Notes under the pieces: model-generated
What the model saw: only the letters and a program-made list of their open reading frames with translations
Database searches by the model: none
Told to the model about the DNA's origin: nothing
Shown: positions 18,192 through 28,695 of the stretch, in pieces
How the letters are laid out: every line of letters begins with the position of its first letter
Position numbering within the stretch: position 1 is the first letter of the stretch
Assembly (NCBI GenBank): GCA_963727455.1
Contig: CAVSGG010000009.1
Span: 448,001 to 512,000, forward strand
Origin: Candidatus Krumholzibacteriota bacterium
GTDB taxonomy: Bacteria; Krumholzibacteriota; Krumholzibacteriia; JAJRXK01
Direction: 5' to 3'
Length of the DNA stretch: 64,000 bases
Made by a program: the position numbers and the translations under genes

Positions 18192-19805
18192 TTGGAAGTC
18201 CATTTGAACTATGGGGGAACGAGTCATTCGCTCGATTTGAACGACGGGTCCTTCACTTTGGGACGAGCGGAAAACTCGCAGATCCGCATTCCGGTCATGA
18301 GCGTGAGCCGGCAGCATGCAATTTTGCGGGTGGAGGGCGAAAAGCTCTACGTCCGTAATCTGAGCACCACGAGCGGGACGCTCCTGGATGGCCGTCAAAT
18401 CGAGACCGAGGAAGAACTCGAGATTCCCAAGCAGAGCCGTCTCACCTTTGGCGAAGCCGAACTCTGGCGCGACGACGCGGTTACCTCCTTCGGCGCTCCC
18501 CTATCCGAACACGGTGAGTTGCGCTCCCGCTTCTCCTTCTCGCCAAACCGCGAGACCACCGGCATGGCCCGCGATCGCATTTTGCAGATGCTCTCCAGCC
18601 TCTTCGATTTGATCGCCGCCGCGCCGGATGACGAGAGCTTCGAAAAGAACGCCTGCCAATTCGTGGGGAAAGTCGTACACGCCGATCGGGTCCTCATTCT
18701 GGAGGACGATGGCTTGGGGACTCCTTTCCTGCGGCGCGGCGCGTGGTTCTCCTCTCCCGATCACGCCGAGAAATATCGTCTCAGCGCGCATTTCATCGAG
18801 GAGGTTTGCCGCACGAAGTCCTCTCTTTTGATCGAGGACGCCATGAACACCGGACCGGCGGCCGCCTATCAGAGCGTGCAGGACCTCCGTGTCCGGTCGG
18901 CCATCATCGCCCCCCTGCTCGACGGTGATCGCGTGCGCGGAATCCTCTACGCAGACAACCTCATCAGCCGTCGCCGCTACGAGGAAGACGATCTCCAGGT
19001 TCTCACCGCGATCGCGCGCGCGGTCGGAGTGAAGCGTCAACGCGACGACGAACAGCGCGAGCGGCGTCGCGCGGCTCGCGTTCAGGAGAGCCTGCTGCCG
19101 CGCGAACTTCCCCAGGTCGGGGGACTCGACATCCACGGCCATCTCGAGATGTGTCAAGGCGTCGGAGGCGATCTCTATCTCTGTGTCCGCCGTCCCTCGG
19201 GTCGCATCCTCCTCGCGGTCGGCGACGTATCGGGAAAGGGAATGGCGGCCGCCCTATCCATGGGGGCAGCCACGATGCTCCTGAGGATCCTGGCCAGATT
19301 GGGCGGAGAGCCCATGCACGTACTCGAAGAAATGCACGAACATCTGCGCGAGACTCTGCCCGTCGAGCGCTTCGTCACCCTCTTCGTGGCCGAATACGAA
19401 CCCAAGACGGGAAAACTCCTGTATGCGAGCGCGGGACACGAAGACGCTCTGGTAATCCGGGGGAACGGCAGCGTGGATCGACTTCGCTCCACCGGTCTCC
19501 CCTCTGGTTTCGATTTCGACTGCGAATACGGCCAGGGCGACGCCACGCTCGAGGAAGGTGACTTGCTCGTCATCTACACCGACGGGGTCACCGAAGCGAC
19601 CACCGACGGAGACCGCTTTTACGGTAGTGAAGGCGCAGAGAGAGTTCTCGTGGCCGCGCGGCACGAAACTCTGGATCGCATCCAGACCCTTCTCCTCGAG
19701 GACATCCACGAGTTCTTGGCGCACCAGCACGCCTCGGACGACATCACGCTGCTCTTGATGAGACGCGCGCCCTCCGAGGCACCCGCGCGCGCCGCACGCG
19801 AATGA
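18192..19805 (+). CDS. FHA-GAF-SpoIIE (PP2C) Ser/Thr phosphatase
   Basis: LGR...SRQHA (FHA); GAF; VGGDLY, GDVSGKG, SAGH, YTDGVTEA, DDITL. Confidence 0.9.
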   Translation: MEVHLNYGGTSHSLDLNDGSFTLGRAENSQIRIPVMSVSRQHAILRVEGEKLYVRNLSTTSGTLLDGRQIETEEELEIPKQSRLTFGEAELWRDDAVTSFGAPLSEHGELRSRFSFSPNRETTGMARDRILQMLSSLFDLIAAAPDDESFEKNACQFVGKVVHADRVLILEDDGLGTPFLRRGAWFSSPDHAEKYRLSAHFIEEVCRTKSSLLIEDAMNTGPAAAYQSVQDLRVRSAIIAPLLDGDRVRGILYADNLISRRRYEEDDLQVLTAIARAVGVKRQRDDEQRERRRAARVQESLLPRELPQVGGLDIHGHLEMCQGVGGDLYLCVRRPSGRILLAVGDVSGKGMAAALSMGAATMLLRILARLGGEPMHVLEEMHEHLRETLPVERFVTLFVAEYEPKTGKLLYASAGHEDALVIRGNGSVDRLRSTGLPSGFDFDCEYGQGDATLEEGDLLVIYTDGVTEATTDGDRFYGSEGAERVLVAARHETLDRIQTLLLEDIHEFLAHQHASDDITLLLMRRAPSEAPARAARE

Positions 19806-20320
19806 CGATGCGAGTTCTCAAGAGTTCCAGTTTCTACTTCACTCTCATGATCGTGATACTCGCGGTAGTTTATTGGTTTCACTACGCCCCAAGCATGCCC
19901 GACAAGATTCCCACCCATTTCAACGGACACGGCAGCGCCGATGCGTGGTCCTCTCCCGAGGACTTCGCTCGCATCTACTGGGAAGTGATCCTGGGGCTCT
20001 TCCTCTTGTTCACCGGGCTCGCGGTGGCCCTGCAGCGCATTCCCAGCCGCCTCATCAACCTCCCCCGGCGCGACTATTGGCTCGGCGAAAGGCGGGGGAT
20101 TGCGACCCGGCTCAAGTTGGGAGAGACTCTCCTGAGCTTCTGTTCGGTCACCATTATCTTCTTCCTCTTGGTCTTCCACCTGCAGGTACGGGCGGCGATC
20201 GAGGAAAGTGAGCGCCTGACAGGCGAGTTCAACTGGATTTTGGGGGGATACCTCGCCTTCGTGGGCATCTGGACTGGGAGCATCCTCTGGCGCTACTCGC
20301 GCGCACCGGGCGAGGAGTAA
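19802..20320 (+). CDS. DUF1648-type membrane protein
   Basis: MPDKIPTHFNGHGSADAW motif, INLP..DYW, 4 TM helices; ATGA overlap with the upstream gene. Confidence 0.8.
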   Translation: MTMRVLKSSSFYFTLMIVILAVVYWFHYAPSMPDKIPTHFNGHGSADAWSSPEDFARIYWEVILGLFLLFTGLAVALQRIPSRLINLPRRDYWLGERRGIATRLKLGETLLSFCSVTIIFFLLVFHLQVRAAIEESERLTGEFNWILGGYLAFVGIWTGSILWRYSRAPGEE

Positions 20321-20404
20321 ATTCCATCCTGGGCTGGCGCGGGCCCATTTCCTATCTTCTTGCGGAAACAAGCCAAAATTGACGTGAATTCGAAGGAGCT
20401 GGAA

Positions 20405-21748
<1,344 letters not shown>

Positions 21749-21778
21749 AGACCGGGTCAGCGCGGCCGGAGGAAATCG

Positions 21779-22786
21779 ATGGTTTCGGACTTCTCGAGAT
21801 CTCCTTCCGAGATGCCCCTGGTATCGGTCGTCACCCCTTTTTACAACACCGTGGATCACCTGCGCGAGTGCATCGAGAGTGTGCTCGCGCAGGATTATCC
21901 CAATCTCGAGTACATCCTACACGACAACCAGAGCACGGACGGCTCCGAGCGGATCGCCCGCGAATATGCCGAGCGTTATGCGAGAATTCGCTATGTGCGT
22001 AGTGAGCGGTTTCGAACTCAGGTCGCCAATTACAACAAGGCGCTGGAATACCTGAATCCATCGAGCGTCTACTGCAAAATCGTGCAGGCGGACGACTGGA
22101 TCTATCCCGGGTGTCTGAGCGAGATGGTTTCGCTCGGAGAAAAAAACCCGCGGGTGGGATTGTTCTCCTCCTACTATCTGCAGGGCATGACGCTATGTGG
22201 CATGGGGCTTCCCTACAGTCAGGCCGTCATCTCTGGCAAAGACATCGCGGCGCGTCATCTGCTCAGCCAGATGTTTCTCTTCGGATCGCCCTCGACGGTC
22301 ATGATGCGCAGCGAGATCGTGCGCGCCACGACACCTTTTTACCACGAAGGGCGCATGCACGAAGACACCGAAGCTTGTTACGAAATCCTCTCGCAGTGGG
22401 ATTTCGGCTTCGTCCATCAAATCTTGAGCTACTTGCGCGTGGACCCGAATTCGATCTACGGGAAGATCCTCAACTACGACAACAGTCAGCTGGACAGTCT
22501 CATCGTGCTGCACCGCTATGGGGAGCGGTTTCTCTCGCCGGAGGAGTTTCTCGAGGAATGGAGATTTCGCCGGACCCGCCACTACCGGCGACTCGCTCGC
22601 TCCTTTTTCATGGGCCGAGGCAGGGACTACTGGCATTACCAGAAAAACGGGCTCGCGAGCGAAGGCCTCAAGATCGAGAATTTCGAACTCTTCAAGGCCC
22701 TCTGTGTGGAGTTTTTCGATCTCGTTCTGAATCCCAAGCAGACTATCGAGGATTCCTGGCGCTACTTCCGCTCTCGCCAGCGCTGA
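21779..22786 (+). CDS. GT2 family glycosyltransferase
   Basis: VSVVTPFYN, DNQSTDGS, ADD, HED. Confidence 0.9.
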   Translation: MVSDFSRSPSEMPLVSVVTPFYNTVDHLRECIESVLAQDYPNLEYILHDNQSTDGSERIAREYAERYARIRYVRSERFRTQVANYNKALEYLNPSSVYCKIVQADDWIYPGCLSEMVSLGEKNPRVGLFSSYYLQGMTLCGMGLPYSQAVISGKDIAARHLLSQMFLFGSPSTVMMRSEIVRATTPFYHEGRMHEDTEACYEILSQWDFGFVHQILSYLRVDPNSIYGKILNYDNSQLDSLIVLHRYGERFLSPEEFLEEWRFRRTRHYRRLARSFFMGRGRDYWHYQKNGLASEGLKIENFELFKALCVEFFDLVLNPKQTIEDSWRYFRSRQR

Positions 22787-22789
22787 ACC

Positions 22790-25495
22790 TCATTCTTCCA
22801 AGCGCTTCTGAAGCGCTTTCAACTCGGGCTCCCAGAACTCGCCGGAGGCCTCTTGCAGGGCAAGACCAAGGTAACGCCGCGCCTCTTCTTTCCGGCCCAG
22901 GCGTGAGAGGGTTGCCGCGATGTGGAAGTGGTTCTCCGCCCGCATCGAGCGGTCCGCCTGCGGCAGCTCGCCTTCCGCCCTTTGGAGATAGCTCAAGGCC
23001 TCGCTTGGATCGTCCTCGCGGTAGCAAATCCATCCCAGAGTGTCCAGGAGATAGGGATGAAGATCCTTCGAATCGGGGAGGACCGAAAGGACGCTCCGCT
23101 TCGCCTCCTGCAGATGCACCCCCATCACCGCCTCGGTGTAGGCAAGAGCGTTGATCCCGTTCACCGAGTTGGGATCGAGCTTGAGCATCCGCTTGAATAC
23201 ACGCGCCGCCTCCTCGAAGCTCTGATTTTCCAGCAGCGTGTAGCCCATCCCGTAGAGAACGCGGCTGTCGTCGGGGGCAGCGCGCAGAGCGCGCTCGAAG
23301 AGATCGCGCGCACGCTGGTATTCGCCCTTTTCCAACTGCAGCCGAGCCGCCTGTAGGGTCCAGTCCACGCGCAAGTTCTCCACCCGATCCCGGATGGCGG
23401 CGACACCCTTCGACTTGCCCAGGCTCTCTCCCTCGCGAGCCAGATCGAGCAGGGTCTTGGCGGCGTCGAGAGAGGAGTCGAGCGAGAGCGCGCGCTGGGC
23501 GGCCCGAATCGCCGAGGGGAACTCCCCTTGCAGAGCCAAGAGGGTCCCGTATTGCATGTAGACCTCGGGCGCCGGGACCTTCAGCTTATCCAACTCTCTC
23601 AGGGTTCTAAGAGCGTCGGATTCCTTCCCGTTCGCCAACTGCAAGTTGGCGATCGCATAAAGTGCTGCCGAATCGGTGGGATTGAGGGCCAGTGCGCGAT
23701 GCAGGCACTCCCACGCACTCGTCTCGTCTCCCAGCCGAGCGAATGCCTCGCCGACCACCACCTGAATGTCTGCGGATTTGATTCCGTAGGAACGCGCGCT
23801 CTCAAAGTAAGGTCGCGCCTGTTCGCGATCCCTGTAGGCTTGTGCCCAGAGGCCGGTCCGATATTGGATGGATGCGGCCAAAACGCTTTCCAGGCAGTCA
23901 TCGGAATCGACCGGGGGGAAGGAATCGATCGTCGCGGAAATCTGCGCAGGTTTCTCCGACGGCCTGAGCAGCTGAAAGATCATGTGATTGGGCACCATGG
24001 TGCATCCCGCGAATCCCTCGGTCGACGCGCGCTCCGTGTAGAAGATGGTCCTTTCGGGTTCGTCGAGAGCGAACTGGATTTCCCGCTCGACTCGCTTTGC
24101 CTTGCGCTGGGATCGGTCCATCGCGACGAAGTCCTCGCCGTAGTTCCTCACCAGCAGGTTGAGGTACGAATCGTGGAGGATCACGTCGGGCCGCACCCCC
24201 TTCACCTCGTGCTCGTAAATGAGGGAAAACACCTCTGCGTCGCCGGCGTTGGCGTAGAGTCGAGCCCCCTTGGGCAGGGACCTCAGTACCGTGTCCGCGT
24301 AGTCGCGGGCCAAAGTCGACCGGCTGCGGTCACACACGGGATAGTTGGTCCATCCTTCCAGGAGCACGGCGCCTGCGGTCAAGACCGCGGCCACTCCCCA
24401 GAGAACCCTCCAGTGGGCGGCAAAGCTCGCACGCAGGAACTCGAGAATCTCAGCCAAACCGATTCCCGCCAGGAGGTAGGCAGCGAGGTCGGCGCCGAGG
24501 AAATACACCTTCACGACCGTGCGGTCACGGAAGCTGTCCTGGAAATCGAGGCTCCCTGCCAGCACGGGACCGCTGACCAGCCAGAGCCCCAGGATGCCGA
24601 GCACCAAGGTCCTGCGATCGGCGCGCCGCAGAGCGAGTAGACCGGCCACCGCCAACGCACAGGCAAGGGGTGGTACGTCTTGCAGAAAGAGCTGGGCGAA
24701 CACCAACAGGCGCTTCTCGAGGGAAGCCACTCCCTCGTGCGCAAACGGCTCTCCGTACTGCTGGCGAAAGAGGTGATTGAGTACGTCCTGCAAGCCGTGC
24801 ATTCCTCCCCATTCGATGAGAGGATTTTGGGCCTGACGCAAAGGAATGTAGAGATAGACGCTTGCTCCCAACACGAAGAGAAGCAGCGGTGCGAGAAAAG
24901 GCGCCCGCTTGGAATCCGCGCGGCGCGTGTGTACCCACCACAAGAGCAGCGGCAATCCCGTCAGCAGGACCAGAGGATGGTTGCCCAGGCCCAGGCCCAG
25001 AAGAAGTGCCGCCACGGGATAGCCCCAAGCTCTCCCTTCGTGCCCGGCCACCGCGGCCCATAGGATCGAGGCGCTCAGCGCCATGTTCAGAGCGTAGACC
25101 TCGGTGATGACCGACTGACTCCAGGGACCGACCGCGAATGCGTAAGCCAGGCCGGCCGAAATCGACGCCAGCGCCGTCACGCGTAGTCGAAACAGGAAGC
25201 CGGTGAGCATGGCGGCGGCAGTCGCGCCGCAGAGGGCCGAAAGCACGTTCAGACCCAGCGCGGGTTCGTGCGGGCTGAGAAGTGCCGGCCAGTGCCCCAA
25301 GAGCACCCACAGGGGATAACCCGGAGGATGGGCGATTCCCAGTGTTGCCGCCGCTGCCGCCAGCTCCCCCGAATCGCCCACGAAGATCGTCGGACAGAGA
25401 GTTTTCAGGTAGACGGCGAGAGAGAGAGCCGCGACAAAGAGCGCGGGCCACAGGGCAAAGGTGTTCTCTGCTCTGTTGGAGGCGGGTGTGACCAA
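22790..25495 (-). CDS. DUF2723 (TMEM260-like GT-C) membrane protein with C-terminal TPRs
   Basis: GDSGEL...LGIAHPPGYP, W.QSVITEVY, YLYIPLR; TPR repeats. Confidence 0.85.
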   Translation of the reverse strand: MVTPASNRAENTFALWPALFVAALSLAVYLKTLCPTIFVGDSGELAAAAATLGIAHPPGYPLWVLLGHWPALLSPHEPALGLNVLSALCGATAAAMLTGFLFRLRVTALASISAGLAYAFAVGPWSQSVITEVYALNMALSASILWAAVAGHEGRAWGYPVAALLLGLGLGNHPLVLLTGLPLLLWWVHTRRADSKRAPFLAPLLLFVLGASVYLYIPLRQAQNPLIEWGGMHGLQDVLNHLFRQQYGEPFAHEGVASLEKRLLVFAQLFLQDVPPLACALAVAGLLALRRADRRTLVLGILGLWLVSGPVLAGSLDFQDSFRDRTVVKVYFLGADLAAYLLAGIGLAEILEFLRASFAAHWRVLWGVAAVLTAGAVLLEGWTNYPVCDRSRSTLARDYADTVLRSLPKGARLYANAGDAEVFSLIYEHEVKGVRPDVILHDSYLNLLVRNYGEDFVAMDRSQRKAKRVEREIQFALDEPERTIFYTERASTEGFAGCTMVPNHMIFQLLRPSEKPAQISATIDSFPPVDSDDCLESVLAASIQYRTGLWAQAYRDREQARPYFESARSYGIKSADIQVVVGEAFARLGDETSAWECLHRALALNPTDSAALYAIANLQLANGKESDALRTLRELDKLKVPAPEVYMQYGTLLALQGEFPSAIRAAQRALSLDSSLDAAKTLLDLAREGESLGKSKGVAAIRDRVENLRVDWTLQAARLQLEKGEYQRARDLFERALRAAPDDSRVLYGMGYTLLENQSFEEAARVFKRMLKLDPNSVNGINALAYTEAVMGVHLQEAKRSVLSVLPDSKDLHPYLLDTLGWICYREDDPSEALSYLQRAEGELPQADRSMRAENHFHIAATLSRLGRKEEARRYLGLALQEASGEFWEPELKALQKRLEE

Positions 25496-25618
25496 GGAAC
25501 TTCTCTCCGGAACGGTGGATTGCTTCTTCGGCCCAGTGAGTATAGACCATGGCCGCCCTTGCAGAAATCAGTACAATCCCCTACGACTCTTGAGAGCTAA
25601 AGCGTCTTGAAGCGTATC

Positions 25619-26395
25619 ATGACGACCCAACCCAAAGACGAGCGCGCGCCGGGAAAGGCGAATCAGAGGCAAGATCCTGCCACGAACTCGTCGCATTCCA
25701 GCTTCTACAAGTCACCCGGCTTTTTCGGCCTCTTGCTCGCGCTGATTGTCCTGGGAGGGCTCGGTTTTCTTCTCGGCCACAATTTCCCGCGATTGCGGCT
25801 CTTCATCGAGGGCCTGGGCCCGTGGGCCCCGCTCGCGTTCGTTGCCCTCTACCTGGCGCTGGCCCCGTGCTTCTTTCCCCTCTCCATTCTCGATCTCAGC
25901 TGTGGCGCGATGTTCGGGGTGACCAGGGGATTCGAAATTTTGGCCCTGGCCAACGCGCTCGCCGCCTTGGAGATGTATGTCGGCTCGCGTTGGCTGTTCG
26001 CCCAGCGCGTGGGGCGATTCATCCAGGCCCGGCCACGGTGGCGCCGCTTCTACGCACTGGCTGGACTGAAGGACTGGAAGATCCTCGCCCTGCTTCGACT
26101 CTCCCCCACCAACTTCGCGGTGGTCAACTACATGCTGGGCGCGGCTCACGTGAGCTTCACGCGCTACATGGTTACCTGGCTGATTCTGGTGCCCAAGGCG
26201 CTCCTCCACGCCGCAATTGGGCATGCGCTCTATCGCCTTGGACAATCAGCGCCAAGCTCGAACGCTCTCGCGAAATCCGAGACGGCGCTCCTCGTTCTGG
26301 GCCTGGTCAGCATTCTCTTGCTCGCCGCCATTCTGAGCCGGCGAATACGGCGCGCCCTGGAGGAGATCGCGCAACGCAGGAAAATCTCCTCCTGA
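25619..26395 (+). CDS. DedA/VTT (TVP38/TMEM64) membrane protein
   Basis: GAMFG, LLRLSP.NF.VVNY.LG. Confidence 0.8.
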   Translation: MTTQPKDERAPGKANQRQDPATNSSHSSFYKSPGFFGLLLALIVLGGLGFLLGHNFPRLRLFIEGLGPWAPLAFVALYLALAPCFFPLSILDLSCGAMFGVTRGFEILALANALAALEMYVGSRWLFAQRVGRFIQARPRWRRFYALAGLKDWKILALLRLSPTNFAVVNYMLGAAHVSFTRYMVTWLILVPKALLHAAIGHALYRLGQSAPSSNALAKSETALLVLGLVSILLLAAILSRRIRRALEEIAQRRKISS

Positions 26396-26436
26396 GACTC
26401 TCGTGCATCGGCGGCGCCAAAGCGTGGTAACAGCAA

Positions 26437-27465
26437 CTATCGCCGTCTCCACTGTGCGCGGTGCTGGAGCCCCAGATTCAGGATCCGGGTCAGGAGTGTG
26501 TCGTACTTGATTCCCGCCTGGAGAGCAGACTCGGCCAGGAGGTCGTCGTAGGCGAGGTCGGGGTTGGGATTGACCTCGATGAGGTGAACTCCGCCCTGAT
26601 CGTCCAAACGCAGGTCGAGCCGGGCGTAGCCGGAGAGCCCGAGGATGCGATAGACCCGCTTGCCCAAACGAGACATCTTCTCGGCGAGTTCGGGTGGAAT
26701 ATTGCGAGCGGCCTTGATGGCAATTCCCATCTTCTTCTGGTAGGGAACGTCCCATTTCGCTTTGGAGGTCGCAATCCGGTAGATACCCTCCGGCACTTTC
26801 TTGAACACCATCTCCCACAGAGGAAAAGTCTGGAGACGCTGATTGCCGAGCACTCCCAAGTAGAGTTCACGTCCATCCACGTATTCCTCGACGATCGCAT
26901 CCGTGCCCACGCTCTCATGAATGAAGTGCACGCGTTCCTTTAGCCTCGCCTCATCCTCGACCACCGAGGCCTGGGCGATGCCGAGCGATGCGTCTTCCAC
27001 CTGGGATTTCACGAAGAGGGGATAGCGCAACTTGCGCGGTGGACGAACCTTCCGGTTCATGGGAAAGACCTCGAAACGCGGACCCGGCACGCGATGGTAG
27101 GCGAGGATCTTCCGGCACAGTCCCTTGTCGTGGGCCAACATGAGACCGCGCGGATTACAGCCGGTGTAAGGCATCCTTCGAAGTTCCAGGTAGCTCACGA
27201 CGTGTTGATCGTATACGGCCTCGCCGTGGAACTCCTCGGTCAGATTGAACGCGATGTGCGGTCGATGTTCGTCGATGGACTGCCGGATTACGCCCAAGTC
27301 GTCGCGCACTCCGACCACGAAAACCTCGTGGCCCATCTTACGCAGGTTGGAGACGACGTCGTACTCGGTGCGCCACGGTTCCATGGCATCGCTGTCGTCC
27401 TCGGGCAGAGTATCCGGAGGGACGAGATCCTCGTGGCAGAGGACGATGATCCTGAGGCGTTTCAT
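26437..27465 (-). CDS. D-Ala-D-Ala-ligase-like ATP-grasp protein
   Basis: YTGC..HDK, YPLFVK...SLGI, VEEYVDGRE, GYARLDLR, IEVNPNP. Confidence 0.85.
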   Translation of the reverse strand: MKRLRIIVLCHEDLVPPDTLPEDDSDAMEPWRTEYDVVSNLRKMGHEVFVVGVRDDLGVIRQSIDEHRPHIAFNLTEEFHGEAVYDQHVVSYLELRRMPYTGCNPRGLMLAHDKGLCRKILAYHRVPGPRFEVFPMNRKVRPPRKLRYPLFVKSQVEDASLGIAQASVVEDEARLKERVHFIHESVGTDAIVEEYVDGRELYLGVLGNQRLQTFPLWEMVFKKVPEGIYRIATSKAKWDVPYQKKMGIAIKAARNIPPELAEKMSRLGKRVYRILGLSGYARLDLRLDDQGGVHLIEVNPNPDLAYDDLLAESALQAGIKYDTLLTRILNLGLQHRAQWRRR

Positions 27466-28571
27466 ACCAGTATTCTATGCGGAACCCGGTGTAAAAAGTT
27501 CATGGTCTGTACGGTGACGAGAGTCGTGGCGTCGCTCAGAGTCTTCTTCTCGGATTCTCGAAGCCGCAACCTCTCGCTCTTGCAGCGATCGATCATGTCC
27601 CGCAGGACGAGATCGACGGTGTACTGATACTCTCCGGTCCAGCGCGAAACCTGCTCACGAATCCGGCGCCTATGGCGTCGCAAGAACACCGCGGCGGACA
27701 TACGGCGCGCATGCCGCGGTTCTTCGGAAAACAACCTTCTCAGATCGCGCGTGTAGACGTCGGGGCTCTGACTGCCGTAGGTCTCCCTCTTGGCCTCGTA
27801 GTACTCCCGCAGCGTATACCGCAACGACTTCAATGGCTCGACATGCCGTTTGGAGCGCACGAGAGCTGGCCTTCCCTGGATCTTCGCCATGGTATCGTGC
27901 ACATAGCGGAGTTTGAGGAGAGCGGGCCAGCCGCGGTAAGCTTTGCGCCAGCGCGAGTTCGGTTTCAACCAAACCGCAAAAGTCTCCGCGAAATCCTCGG
28001 CGGGATGAGCCTGGGCGTACCACCAGTCCAGATGCAAAACGTATCGCTTCGAATGGGCCCGAGGGAGATAGCTCTTGGGATAGGGCGTACCCATGGGACC
28101 GAATGTCTTGCGCCAGCGCCGCGAGTAATGAAGCCGATACGCAGTGCAGACACAATGACCCGTTTCGTGACGCATGAGTTTCATGCATTCACTGGCCGTG
28201 CCACCTTCAACCTCCAGCATCATCTTCAGTTCGAGACGCTTGAGGCGATCGTGGGCGAGATAGAAAGGTACGCCGAAACCCGGAATGCCGTCGGGACTGA
28301 ACCACTCGTGCGAAAACCATACGTGTGGCCTGAGCCGAATTTCTTTCTCGGCGAGCTCTTCGTAGAGTCTCTCGAGCCGCTCCTGGATGGGAGTGTCCTG
28401 GATTTTCAGGTCGAGATCGCAGAGACGGAGGTCCAAGAGTTCGCGATCGCTGCACTCGACCCACCACGGTTCGTGCCGGCGCCGCTTGCGACCACCGGCG
28501 CGCCTGCGCGCAGCTGCGTTAAGACCATCGAATCGGGCGGATGAATCTGCCATTTCGCCAGTCTGGGTCAT
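27462..28571 (-). CDS. Putative zinc-binding metallopeptidase
   Basis: RHETGH (HExxH) and YAQAHPAEDFAETFA. Confidence 0.8.
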   Translation of the reverse strand: MTQTGEMADSSARFDGLNAAARRRAGGRKRRRHEPWWVECSDRELLDLRLCDLDLKIQDTPIQERLERLYEELAEKEIRLRPHVWFSHEWFSPDGIPGFGVPFYLAHDRLKRLELKMMLEVEGGTASECMKLMRHETGHCVCTAYRLHYSRRWRKTFGPMGTPYPKSYLPRAHSKRYVLHLDWWYAQAHPAEDFAETFAVWLKPNSRWRKAYRGWPALLKLRYVHDTMAKIQGRPALVRSKRHVEPLKSLRYTLREYYEAKRETYGSQSPDVYTRDLRRLFSEEPRHARRMSAAVFLRRHRRRIREQVSRWTGEYQYTVDLVLRDMIDRCKSERLRLRESEKKTLSDATTLVTVQTMNFLHRVPHRILV

Positions 28572-28695
28572 GACTTGCCGTCACGTCAAGCAGCATGGAT
28601 CTTTCCTACAGCGCAAAGAGATCTTGAGTTAAGATGAAGCAGTCGCGGTGGGCGGCGCAGTTCCCCGAAGATCCATGCAAGTTCAGGAGGTCGAG

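Noticed and set aside
26437-27465. Calling this gene ddl
   Set aside because: The D-Ala-binding N-terminal motif is missing and there is no cell-wall gene context
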